Assembly (NCBI GenBank): GCA_022750115.1
Contig: JAKIWI010000001.1
Location: 83,490-147,489 of the forward strand
Direction: 5' to 3'
Source of the DNA: Thermoplasmata archaeon
GTDB lineage: Archaea; Thermoplasmatota; Thermoplasmata; Lutacidiplasmatales; UBA184
DNA length: 64,000 nucleotides
Under the pieces are notes generated by a model that saw only the letters and a list, made by a program, of their open reading frames with translations, made no database searches and was not told the DNA's origin. Numbering within the stretch: position 1 is the first letter of the stretch; each line of letters opens with the position of its first letter. Below are positions 9,281 to 18,012 of the stretch, one piece after another. The translations under genes were made by a program, and so were the position numbers.

Positions 9281-10260
9281 TCCCCCGGCTCGGGACGATG
9301 GGTCCGAACTCGATGGTGAGCGACTGGAGCCGGCGGGACGCCGACCTCGTGGAACATCGGATCGACAGCGTGTTGCGAGCGGCCCGCGAGAGCCGCACTT
9401 CGGTGGGCCTCGACAGCCTCTCGGAACTGCTGCCAACCCCAGGGCCCGAGGGTTCCGCGGAGGTCTCGGAATGGCTGGTCGCCCATCCAGACGTGGGGCG
9501 GCTCGTCGGTGACCGCGCCGCCGCCGGTCCGGTCCCTTCCCTCGAGGAAAGCCGTCGGCGGCAGGAACGCGGGCGACGGTTCATGGACGAGGCTGCGGCC
9601 GTGGTCGTCGGTCCCCTCGCCGATGTGTCTTCGCTGGTCCGTTGCGTCGCGGTGACGGGCTCGGCCGCCTACGGCGAACCGGCGCCCCAGGACGACCTCG
9701 ACTTCTTGGTCGTCACGCGGCCGGGATCCGTGTGGCCGTTCCTTCTCTACAGCTATCTCGCGGCGCGCCGCCGCCCCGCCCACGGACGCGACGACGGCCC
9801 CTCCCACTGGTGCTTCAACTACATCCTCGACGAACGCGCCGCGCGAGAGGAGTTCGTCAACTCGCGGGGATTCCTGTTCGCGCGGGAGGCCCTCACGGCC
9901 CGGCCCGTCGCCGGCGAACCCTACTACCGCGGCTTGATCGGCTCGGCAGGCTGGCTCGCGGAGGAGGTCCCGCGTCTCTATCAGCGTTGGAGTGTCGGGG
10001 GCCTTCCGCCGCTTCCCCCCCAGTCGGCCGCACCCTTGGCGCTCCGCATCGCGAACGCCGCCCTGTTCCCGCTGCTCGCCACTTACCTGACGTTGATCGC
10101 GCTCGTTCGCAACCGCCGGCTCACCCGGGAGGGGCGCTCTACGAAGCGGTTCCGAGTCAACGCCCACCTGGACCGACTGACGTACGAGACCGAACGATTC
10201 GAGGAGTTGCGAACCCTTTACACGCCCGCGAACTTGCTGCATCGTCAGGAGGCGCCGTGA
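9277..10260 (+). CDS. putative minimal nucleotidyltransferase-fold protein (pol-beta-like NTase)
   Basis: The G[S]x11DhDh motif is present (VTGSAAYGEPAPQDDLDFLVV). It is embedded in a glycosyltransferase cluster. The true start is probably the second ATG (near 9298). Its stop overlaps the next GT2 start (GTGA). Confidence 0.5.
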   Translation: MVPRLGTMGPNSMVSDWSRRDADLVEHRIDSVLRAARESRTSVGLDSLSELLPTPGPEGSAEVSEWLVAHPDVGRLVGDRAAAGPVPSLEESRRRQERGRRFMDEAAAVVVGPLADVSSLVRCVAVTGSAAYGEPAPQDDLDFLVVTRPGSVWPFLLYSYLAARRRPAHGRDDGPSHWCFNYILDERAAREEFVNSRGFLFAREALTARPVAGEPYYRGLIGSAGWLAEEVPRLYQRWSVGGLPPLPPQSAAPLALRIANAALFPLLATYLTLIALVRNRRLTREGRSTKRFRVNAHLDRLTYETERFEELRTLYTPANLLHRQEAP

Positions 10261-11243
10261 CCGGTTCGGCGGGGAGCCGGGTGCTCACGGGGGGGATCGT
10301 CGCCTACAACGAGCGCGACCGAATTGCCGGCGCGGTCGGCTCTCTCCTGAACCAGCGTCTGCCGCGCGGCGCCTTCTGGGCGCGGATCATCGTCGTCGTC
10401 AGCGGGAGCACGGATGGGACCGAGTCGGTTGTGCGGGAGCTGGCGGCTCGCGACCCGCGGATCCAGCTGGTCGTACAACCCGAGCGCGAGGGGAAGTCTT
10501 CGGCCCTCGCCGAGGTGTTCCGCCACGCCACGGGAGACTATCTGGTCCTCCTGAACGGTGACGCGCGCGCCGGGCGCGGCGCCGTGCGCGCGCTGTTGGC
10601 GGCGGCGCCCTCGCCGACGGAGCGGTTCGCGGTCATGGGACGACCCGTGCCCCCCGAGGGAGACCCGGGGCGCTTCTCCTCGGCCGTCTCGCTGCTCTGG
10701 GCAATCCACAACTCCCTGCATTCGGCGGTGCTCGCCGATGGGTCCGGCAACCACCTGTCGGACGAACTGCTCCTGCTCCCCGTGCGCCAGCTTCCTCCGC
10801 TCGAACGGGGCATCATCAACGACGGGTCCTTCGTCGGCGGCTGGCTCGTCCAGAATCACGGGGAGCTCCGGTACGCCCCCAAGGCCGCCGCCGCGATCAC
10901 CTCGCCGCGGACGTTCCGGGAGCACATACGGCAGCGGAGGAGAATCGTGTTCGGCCATCGCCAGATCCGAGACGAGCTCGCCGTGGAGCCGCTCACGATC
11001 GGCCGATACGCCCGCAGCAGCCCTCGGCGAGCGATCCGGATCATCGCCCGCGAGACCCGACGGCCCGGTGGGGTGTACGCGTTGGGGATCCTGCTCGCCG
11101 GCGAGACGCTCGCCGTCACGCTCGCGATGGTCGACGCCCGGTCGACGGGGCAAGATCACGTTCGATGGAACCCGATCCGGGGGCTCTCCCCCGACGGGAT
11201 CGTCGAGGCCGCCGTCCCGAGCCTATCGGCCGAAGGGTTGTAG
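10257..11243 (+). CDS. glycosyltransferase family 2
   Basis: GTG start with an AGGAGG box 4 nt upstream. GT2 motifs present (IVAYNERDRI..IIVVVSGSTDGT..NGDARAG). Confidence 0.7.
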   Translation: MTGSAGSRVLTGGIVAYNERDRIAGAVGSLLNQRLPRGAFWARIIVVVSGSTDGTESVVRELAARDPRIQLVVQPEREGKSSALAEVFRHATGDYLVLLNGDARAGRGAVRALLAAAPSPTERFAVMGRPVPPEGDPGRFSSAVSLLWAIHNSLHSAVLADGSGNHLSDELLLLPVRQLPPLERGIINDGSFVGGWLVQNHGELRYAPKAAAAITSPRTFREHIRQRRRIVFGHRQIRDELAVEPLTIGRYARSSPRRAIRIIARETRRPGGVYALGILLAGETLAVTLAMVDARSTGQDHVRWNPIRGLSPDGIVEAAVPSLSAEGL

Positions 11244-11307
11244 AGGAGCCGAGCCCGCGCATCCGCCTCCTCAGGGTGGACCGGCGTGGTGACGGTGACG
11301 CCGTGAT

Positions 11308-12786
11308 ATGGACCTCCCACGTCGGACGCGGCATCCTCGCTCCATCTCGACGTCCGGCGAGCGGCCCGAGTTGGCGGACCGGGTCCTCCTGGGGAGTACG
11401 GTTGCGTTGACGGACTTGCGCGTGTGGTTCGGAGCTCGACCGGGCCGGTCGATCGCCGTCGTGCTATTCGTCGGTCTGGCGATCCGGGAAGCGTTCTCGT
11501 TCTGGACGGGACATCCGTACGACCTCGAGGTGTGGATCCGAACGGGGCACGCGGCGGCCGGCGGCGCGAGCCCGTACGCTCAGGCGTGGCCGGCGGTGCC
11601 CGGGGTCAGCTTCGGGTACACGAACCAGCCGCTGTACTCGGCAGCGTACCTCCCCTTCTGGCCGGACATCTTCGGAGGATCGTACCTGGTGTGGGAGCAC
11701 ATCGGGGGAGGCAATCGGTTCGTCCTCTACTTCCTCCTCAAGCAGGGGCCGATCGCCGGCGACCTCGCGGTCGCCGGGCTCCTCTACCGCTACGTACTCC
11801 GGGAAACGGGCGACGTTCGCGCGGCCCTCAGCGCGATGTCGTTCTGGGCATTCTTCCCCTACGACATCGCCATCACGGCGATCTGGGGGCAGCTCGATTC
11901 CGTCACCACCGTGTTGATCTTGGCCGTCCTCCTCGCGGAGGAGGCCCGCGCCGGCTGGCGGAGCATGGTCTGGGGCGTCGGGACCTTCGTGAAGTGGATC
12001 ACGGTCGTTTTCCTGCCGCTCGAGTTCTTTCGGAATCGCGGCCTCCAGCGCCTGTGGCCCTTGGTGGGACTGGGTGTCACTGGCGCGCTGACGCTCGTCG
12101 CATTCGATGTTCCTCACTGGCCGATCAGCATCCTCCTCCCATCGACGACCTCGTCGAGCGCGGGGGGAGGGGGCGGCATGAACTATGCTCAGCTCGCGAA
12201 CCTCTGGTTCCTCGCCGAACCGCTCAATGCGAACTCCGGGGTCACCTGGGTGCTGTCGCGGCTGTGGATCCCAGCGGTCGTGGCGGCGGGTTGGTATGCG
12301 GCGCGTTGGTTCCGGACTCCGGACTCGGGTCGAACACTCCGGGCGCTGTTGTTCGTCCTCACCACCCTGCTGCTGTTCCGCTGGGGGCTCTACGAACAGT
12401 ACATGCTGTACCCGTTCGCCCTGCTCGCCGCGGACGTCTACACGCTCCACCCGAAGCGGCGAGAGTTCCTCTACTTCCTCATCGTGCTCGCCACGGGGTT
12501 CTTTCTCGTCAACAATGTGCTCGGGATCTGGTTCGCGACCCCCGCGTACCCGAACGCGTTCGTGCTCGTGCAGAACTTCGACAGCTCGGCGACCTGGGGC
12601 ACGATCCGCTACGACCTTCTCGATGTGTTCGCCGTCTTGATGACGGCGACCCTGGTGCAGCTGCTCGTGGTCCTCGTGCGGGACGACCCGGCCCCGCGGC
12701 CCTGGATCTTCTGGCCCTGGCGACTCCGCCCCCGCGCGCCGGATCTCGCGACGCCGCCGAGCCCCGCCGCTTCGGGCGAGTCGTAA
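11308..12786 (+). CDS. polytopic membrane protein, GT-C-like (DUF2029 / mannosyltransferase-like) putative glycosyltransferase
   Basis: Roughly 11 predicted TM helices. Conserved periplasmic-loop region (..FWTGHPYDLEVWIRTG..) as in the DUF2029/GT87-type family. Start codon uncertain. Confidence 0.5.
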   Translation: MDLPRRTRHPRSISTSGERPELADRVLLGSTVALTDLRVWFGARPGRSIAVVLFVGLAIREAFSFWTGHPYDLEVWIRTGHAAAGGASPYAQAWPAVPGVSFGYTNQPLYSAAYLPFWPDIFGGSYLVWEHIGGGNRFVLYFLLKQGPIAGDLAVAGLLYRYVLRETGDVRAALSAMSFWAFFPYDIAITAIWGQLDSVTTVLILAVLLAEEARAGWRSMVWGVGTFVKWITVVFLPLEFFRNRGLQRLWPLVGLGVTGALTLVAFDVPHWPISILLPSTTSSSAGGGGGMNYAQLANLWFLAEPLNANSGVTWVLSRLWIPAVVAAGWYAARWFRTPDSGRTLRALLFVLTTLLLFRWGLYEQYMLYPFALLAADVYTLHPKRREFLYFLIVLATGFFLVNNVLGIWFATPAYPNAFVLVQNFDSSATWGTIRYDLLDVFAVLMTATLVQLLVVLVRDDPAPRPWIFWPWRLRPRAPDLATPPSPAASGES

Positions 12787-12789
12787 GGG

Positions 12790-13929
12790 ATGCGCGTCCT
12801 CGAGGTCACGCATCGGTATCCTCCCGCCCTCGGTGGCGTCGAGCGCCAGGTGCAGGGGCTGGCCCGGGGCCTCGTCGTCCGCGGGCATTCCGTGGAGGTG
12901 GTGACCACCGACCTCTCCCGCGACCGGCCGTTCGCCCGGCTGCCCCCCGGACCGTTCGAGGACGCAGTCCCGGTGCGCCGGCACCGGGTCGTTCGTACGC
13001 TCCCCGCGCCCCATGGCCTCGGACTCATCGCCCCGGGGATGGCAAGGGACGTGTACCGATCGTCCGCGGACGTGGTTCACGCGCACGCCTTCGGGATGGC
13101 ACCGACGTGGATGTCGGCCCTCGTGCGGCGCGTGAAGCGGACCCCGCTGGTCATCGAGACCCACTTCGACGCCGGACGTGGGACGTCCGGGTGGAGAACC
13201 TACGCCCGCGCCGTCGCGCGACTCACTCTCGCGCCGGCCGACCGAATTGTCGCGCACACGAAGATCGAGTCCGAGCTCCTCGTCTCGATCGGGGTCGATG
13301 CGGATCGCATCACCCAAATTCCGGCGGGGATCGACGTCGCGGAATTTGCGGGCCTCCCCGCCCGGACGCCCACGCAAGGTCGGCTCACCGCCCTGTTCGT
13401 GGGCCGGCTCGATCCGGAACGGAAGGGACTTGATTCAATGGTTCGCGCCCTCGCGAAGGTACCCGAGGGCCACCGACCCCGGCTCCGACTGGTCGGGGAG
13501 GATTGGGGCGGGAAGGACCCCGCCATCCGCCTCGCGGGCGAGTTGGGAGTCGGGGAGTGGGTGACGGCGACCGGACCGCTCCCCCGCGATCAGGTGGTGC
13601 GCGAGTACGGCCGCGCCGACCTGTTCGTACTTCCGTCGCTGTTCGAGTGCACCCCCGCGGTCCTGATGGAGGCGATGGCAGCGGGACTCCCGATCGTGAC
13701 GACACGGGTGGGTGGTGTCGCCGAGGTCGTCCTCGAGGGCCAGACCGCGCTGCTGTGTCCGCCCAACGACCCGGAGTCCCTCGCCGCCGCGGTGAGCCGA
13801 CTCGTCGAGGACGCGTCCCTCCGCGACCGATTTGGGCGGGCGGGGGTCGATCGGGCGCAGCTGTTCGGCTGGGACCAAGTCGTTCCCAAGTGGATCCGAC
13901 TGTTCGACGGCCTCGGCCGGGCGGGGTGA
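12790..13929 (+). CDS. glycosyltransferase family 4
   Basis: 379 aa with GT-B fold and the GT4 EX7E region (..FVLPSLFECTPAVLMEAMAAGLPIVTTRVGGVAEVV..). Confidence 0.8.
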   Translation: MRVLEVTHRYPPALGGVERQVQGLARGLVVRGHSVEVVTTDLSRDRPFARLPPGPFEDAVPVRRHRVVRTLPAPHGLGLIAPGMARDVYRSSADVVHAHAFGMAPTWMSALVRRVKRTPLVIETHFDAGRGTSGWRTYARAVARLTLAPADRIVAHTKIESELLVSIGVDADRITQIPAGIDVAEFAGLPARTPTQGRLTALFVGRLDPERKGLDSMVRALAKVPEGHRPRLRLVGEDWGGKDPAIRLAGELGVGEWVTATGPLPRDQVVREYGRADLFVLPSLFECTPAVLMEAMAAGLPIVTTRVGGVAEVVLEGQTALLCPPNDPESLAAAVSRLVEDASLRDRFGRAGVDRAQLFGWDQVVPKWIRLFDGLGRAG

Positions 13930-13986
13930 CCGGATCCGGGCGAGGGCCCGGATCGCAACCGACGCGATCGCCGCCGGCGGCCGGCC

Positions 13987-15234
13987 CTACGGCGGAGGCG
14001 GCGGTGGGGTCTTCTTCTTGGAGTCGGGCCCGCCGAACGCGGGCGGCGCCGAGGTCGGGTCGGCCGCGTGCTTGGCCGAACCGACGTCCATCCCTTCGGG
14101 GGGACCGAGCCGCGGGGGGGCCACGACGGGGCCGCCTCGCCCACTCTCGTCGATCGAGCCGCCGACCATCGCGGTGGACTCGTCGGTCTCCGCCTTGATC
14201 TCGTCTTCGATGCTCTTGATCTCGGTCAGGAGCTCCTCCTGCCGGGGGATCGGACCGAGCACGTCGTCGATCTTCCCGATGCGGCTCTCGAGCTCGTCGA
14301 GCGTGCTGAGGCTGCGGTCGGGGACGGTCCGCGACGTTCCGAGATACTCGCTCGCGCCTTCCATCAGGCGGGTGAACTCGAACGGGAACAGGATCTTGGT
14401 CGCTTGCCCGTTGCCGAGGTTCGAGACCGTGTCCAGCGAGAGGACGGTGAGGGCCTTGGCATCGAGCGTGCCGGCTCCGAGCGCGAGGATCCGCAGTCGC
14501 TGCGATTCTCCCTGGGCTTCCAGGATGGTCGCCATCCGGCCGCCCTCGGCCTCGAGGATCTTCGACTGCCGGGAGCCTTCGGCCTGCAGGATGCGAGAGC
14601 GCTTCTGCCCCTCGGCGACTAGGATCGCGGAGCGCTTCTCACCGTCCGCCCGGAGGACCGCGGCGCGCCGCTGCCGTTCCGCGGAGGTCTGCTCCTCCAT
14701 CGCGGCCTTGACCGGTCCGACGGGGTCGACCTCCTTGATCTCGACCGCCTCGACGCGGACCCCCCATCGGTCGGTCGCCTCGTCGAGGATGTCCCGGAGC
14801 CGGGTGTTGATCCGCTCGCGGTTGTAGAGCACCTCGTCGAGCTCCATGTCGCCGATGATCGACCGCAGGGTCGTCTGGGCGAGGGCGACGGTCGCGACGT
14901 GGTAGTCCTGGACCTGGAAGATCGCCTTGGGGGCGTCGACGACCTTGATGTAGATGATCGCGTCGACGTTCGTCGGCGAGTTGTCCTTCGTGATGACCTC
15001 CTGGCGGGGGACCTCGAGCACCTGCGTCCGCAGGTCGATGCGGACGACCTTGGCGAGCGGATTGAGGAACGTCAGTCCCGGGTTGATCATGCCCTTGTAG
15101 GACCCGAACAGGGTCACGACGCCCTGCTGGTAGGGATTGATCGACCAGGCGGAGCGGATCAGGAGGATGATGAAGATGAATCCGAAGACGGTGATGGCGA
15201 GGCTGATCCCGACCAGCGTTCCTGCGTCGACCAT
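13987..15234 (-). CDS. SPFH/band 7 (stomatin-like) protein with long coiled-coil and Pro-rich C-terminal tail
   Basis: N-terminal TM helix followed by an SPFH domain (..ITKDNSPTNVDAIIYIKVVDAPKAIFQV..). C-terminal extension ends KKKTPPPPPP. Confidence 0.8.
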   Translation of the reverse strand: MVDAGTLVGISLAITVFGFIFIILLIRSAWSINPYQQGVVTLFGSYKGMINPGLTFLNPLAKVVRIDLRTQVLEVPRQEVITKDNSPTNVDAIIYIKVVDAPKAIFQVQDYHVATVALAQTTLRSIIGDMELDEVLYNRERINTRLRDILDEATDRWGVRVEAVEIKEVDPVGPVKAAMEEQTSAERQRRAAVLRADGEKRSAILVAEGQKRSRILQAEGSRQSKILEAEGGRMATILEAQGESQRLRILALGAGTLDAKALTVLSLDTVSNLGNGQATKILFPFEFTRLMEGASEYLGTSRTVPDRSLSTLDELESRIGKIDDVLGPIPRQEELLTEIKSIEDEIKAETDESTAMVGGSIDESGRGGPVVAPPRLGPPEGMDVGSAKHAADPTSAPPAFGGPDSKKKTPPPPPP

Positions 15235-15270
15235 GTGATCCGTGATTCCTGTGAATGCCGTTCGGTCGAA

Positions 15271-15741
15271 CTACGATCCCGCGGCCTCGGTGAGCGGCGC
15301 GACGCGGACCGAAGTGCCTTCTCCGCCCAGCACGCGGACCTTCGTGCCCTCCGGGATGCGTTGGTCGGCCCGCGCCGACCAGATCTCCGACTGGACCCGG
15401 ACCTTGCCGCGCATGTTGTCCGGCTCGACCGCGGTCGTCACGATGCCCGTCTGGCCCTCGAGGGAGGAGGGGATGGTCGTCATCGGCCGGTGGACGGGCG
15501 CAATGTGCCGGTAGTACGGAATGGTCGCGAGGGTCGCCCCGAGGGCGACGAGGATGACGATCGCCGGCCCGAAGATCGAGTCGACCAGGAGCGGGGGGGA
15601 GACGAGGTAGACGACGCCCGCCGCGAGGAGGATCGAGCCGGGGATCAGCAGGAACGCCCCGGGGTGGATGATCTCGACGATGAAGAAGGCGGCCCCGATG
15701 AGGATCAGGGGCACGCCGACCACGAGACCTGCGTCGACCAT
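15271..15741 (-). CDS. NfeD-family short membrane protein (stomatin operon partner)
   Basis: 156 aa with 3 N-terminal TM helices and a C-terminal OB-like beta domain (..GKVRVQSEIWSARADQRIPEGTKVRVLGGEGTSVRV..). Lies immediately upstream of the stomatin gene. Confidence 0.75.
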   Translation of the reverse strand: MVDAGLVVGVPLILIGAAFFIVEIIHPGAFLLIPGSILLAAGVVYLVSPPLLVDSIFGPAIVILVALGATLATIPYYRHIAPVHRPMTTIPSSLEGQTGIVTTAVEPDNMRGKVRVQSEIWSARADQRIPEGTKVRVLGGEGTSVRVAPLTEAAGS

Positions 15742-15772
15742 CGGGAACCTCCGCCCATCACCGGCCCGCCGC

Positions 15773-15780
15773 GGATAAGG
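15773..15780 (-). promoter_or_regulatory. TATA-like box (CCTTATCC on minus strand) plus GGAGG box for the NfeD-stomatin operon
   Basis: TATA-like element about 31 nt upstream of the NfeD start, then a GGAGG box 7 nt before the ATG. Confidence 0.35.
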
Positions 15781-15801
15781 ATTGGGCCGAGCCCGCTGAG
15801 G

Positions 15802-16380
15802 TCAGCGGATGTAGGACGCGGTACTTTCGCGGTCGAAGCCGCGGACGACGCGGACCGAACGACCGTCACCGCCCGGCGCCTCTTGGAGGAACGGGTACAG
15901 CTTCCAAAGGTCTCCCTCCGCGAGGGACGTGGCGAGGTGTCCGGGGCCGAACGCCGCGCGCGTCACCCAGGCGGTCGCGCGTCGCACCTCGGGCTCGCCT
16001 AGGTAGCCGAGCGAATGGAGGTACTCGTGGGCCAGGACGACGTAGACGAACGCGTTGAACTCGAGCGTCGACTTGGCGTGCGAGCGCATCGCGGCGACCA
16101 GTCCCTCGTTCAGGACGATCAGGTTGCCGGTCACCGGCCAGTACGCGCCGACGGTGGGCGGCAGGCTCGAAAGCCCGAGTCCCAGGCCCGGCCGGTCGAG
16201 GCCGAGAGTGCGTCGAACCGCCTCCCGGACGATGGCGAACACGCCGTCGTAGTCGAGGGAGCGCGAGAGTCGGGCCCCGAGGTCCCGTGGCCCGGAGTCG
16301 GCGACGACCGAGGGGGCCGGGGGCCGAGCGGCGTCGGACGAAGGAGTCAGGGCCGGGCCCGGCAGGTAGACCGTCGTCAT
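15802..16380 (-). CDS. putative zinc metallopeptidase (HEXXH motif), hypothetical
   Basis: HEYLH motif in a predicted helix (VVLAHEYLHSLGYLG). Called from an internal Met (MTTVYLPG..) that sits about 25 nt downstream of a TATA box (CTTATACC at 16406..16413 on the minus strand), consistent with a leaderless start. Confidence 0.4.
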   Translation of the reverse strand: MTTVYLPGPALTPSSDAARPPAPSVVADSGPRDLGARLSRSLDYDGVFAIVREAVRRTLGLDRPGLGLGLSSLPPTVGAYWPVTGNLIVLNEGLVAAMRSHAKSTLEFNAFVYVVLAHEYLHSLGYLGEPEVRRATAWVTRAAFGPGHLATSLAEGDLWKLYPFLQEAPGGDGRSVRVVRGFDRESTASYIR

Positions 16381-16503
16381 CGAACTCACCAGGGCCCTCG
16401 GGGGGCTTATACCCGAGGTTACGCGCGCGCCACCTCCGACACGACGGGGCGCCATCGTCCCGTGACGGGCGCGACCCTATCTTGGGGCGCGGCTAGGACG
16501 CCG

Positions 16504-17292
16504 ATGTTCATGCCCGATGTCGAGGAAGCGCTCTTTCCGCGCCGGAAGGAGCGGTTCGAGGACCGCCGCAAGGAGAAGGACCAGAGGAAGCTCCTCGACG
16601 AGTTCTTCGACCACGCGACGCTCCTCGCGGTGTCGCGGCTGATCACCCAGGGACAGTTCGCCCAGCTCGACTACCCGATCTCCACCGGGAAGGAGGGCGG
16701 CGTGTTCCGGGCCACCGTCCCCGACGGGTTCCGGGCGGTCAAGGTCTACCGGATCGGCAACGCCGTGTTCAAGCGACTGCCGGCGTACGCCCTGGAGGCC
16801 CTGAAGCGAGAGGCCGGCGTGGGCAACTACGGGCGACTCGTGAGCGCCTGGACGCGGCGCGAGCACACCGTGCTCCGTCGTCTGTTCGCCGCCGGGGTTC
16901 GGTGCCCCGAACCGTTCGGCTACCTTCGCAACGTCCTCGTGATGGATTTCGTCGGGGACGAAGGACTGCCCTCGCCCCGTCTCCAGACGGTCACGCTCGA
17001 GGACCCGACCGCCATCCACGACGACCTCGTGGTCCAGGTCCGGCGGATGGTGAACGACGCGCGGCTCGTGCACGGTGACCTCTCCCCCTACAATGTCCTG
17101 CTCCGAGACGGCCTCCCCGTGCTCATCGACGTCGCGCAGTCGATCGAGGCCGAACATCCGCAGGCACGTGCCCTCCTCGATCGCGACATCGCCAACTTCG
17201 CCCGGTATTTCGAGCGACTCGGCGTCGACACGTCGACCGAACGATTCCTCGAGGCGGTCGGCCCCGTGCAGCTCGGACCGAAGGACAGCTGA
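16504..17292 (+). CDS. rio1: RIO-type serine/threonine protein kinase (Rio1)
   Basis: RIO kinase domain with catalytic loop LVHGDLSPYNVL and the ISTGKEGGVF nucleotide-binding loop. The archaeal/eukaryal-type RIO domain. It is followed by a KH protein, as in many archaea. Confidence 0.85.
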   Translation: MFMPDVEEALFPRRKERFEDRRKEKDQRKLLDEFFDHATLLAVSRLITQGQFAQLDYPISTGKEGGVFRATVPDGFRAVKVYRIGNAVFKRLPAYALEALKREAGVGNYGRLVSAWTRREHTVLRRLFAAGVRCPEPFGYLRNVLVMDFVGDEGLPSPRLQTVTLEDPTAIHDDLVVQVRRMVNDARLVHGDLSPYNVLLRDGLPVLIDVAQSIEAEHPQARALLDRDIANFARYFERLGVDTSTERFLEAVGPVQLGPKDS

Positions 17293-17294
17293 CG

Positions 17295-17867
17295 ATGCCG
17301 GTGCTCTACGTCCGAGTTCCGGACGACCGGCTCGGCGTCTTGATCGGCCCCGGCGGCGCGACGAAGCGACGGATCGAGGAACGGACGAAGACCACGATCA
17401 ACATCGACCGGGAGGACGGCTCGATCGAGGTCGCCGGGCCCGACGAGGGGGACCCGATCGGCGTGCTGAAAGCGCGCGACGTCGCGCTCGCGATCGGCCG
17501 GGGGTTCTCCCCGGCGCGCGCCGACCGGTTGTTCCGCGACGATACCTACCTGGGCGTGATCGACATCAAGAACGTCACCGGACGCCACGCGAAGAGCTCG
17601 CTCTGGCGGATCCGCTCGCGTCTCATCGGGACCGACGGGAAGGCCCGCAGCCGGATCGAGGAGTTGTCGGGCTGCTCGATGAGCGTCTACGGTTCCACGG
17701 TCGCCCTGATCGGTCAGGAACGCCAGCTCGAGCGCGCCACCCGCGCGGTCGAACTCCTGCTCCGCGGGAGCGAGCACGCGGCGGTGTTCCACCTGCTCGC
17801 CCGACAGCGCCGGGACGACGCCCGCGACGACGCGAGAACGCCGGTCGAGGTCCCGGGGGAGGAGTAG
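17295..17867 (+). CDS. KH-domain RNA-binding protein (Dim2/Pno1-like)
   Basis: Two KH-like modules (..LGVLIGPGGATKRRIEE.. and ..RLIGTDGKARSRIEE..). Located 2 nt after rio1. Confidence 0.75.
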   Translation: MPVLYVRVPDDRLGVLIGPGGATKRRIEERTKTTINIDREDGSIEVAGPDEGDPIGVLKARDVALAIGRGFSPARADRLFRDDTYLGVIDIKNVTGRHAKSSLWRIRSRLIGTDGKARSRIEELSGCSMSVYGSTVALIGQERQLERATRAVELLLRGSEHAAVFHLLARQRRDDARDDARTPVEVPGEE

Positions 17868-18012
17868 GATCGGCGCCACGGTCCGCCTCGAGGGGCCCGC
17901 CCTCGCGTGGGCCCGGGGCCATTTCCAAAGCTACTACCGGTCGACGGAGGTCCCTCCCCCGCTCCGGTTCGCCCGTCGGGAGTTCGCTTCGTTCCCGTTC
18001 AACTCGGAGACA

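Noticed and set aside
9241-9300. Hand-counted position of the first ATG (9278) disagrees by 1 nt with the ORF-track start (9277)
   Set aside because: Treated as my counting error. The ORF track is computed from the sequence and its frame is consistent with the stop at 10258..10260. All hand-derived coordinates should be taken as accurate to within 1-3 nt.
15802-16455. HEXXH protein extended to 217 aa with a Pro/Ser/Arg-rich N-terminus
   Set aside because: A TATA box (CTTATACC) lies inside the extension, about 25 nt upstream of the internal Met, so the shorter leaderless form was preferred. The longer form cannot be excluded.
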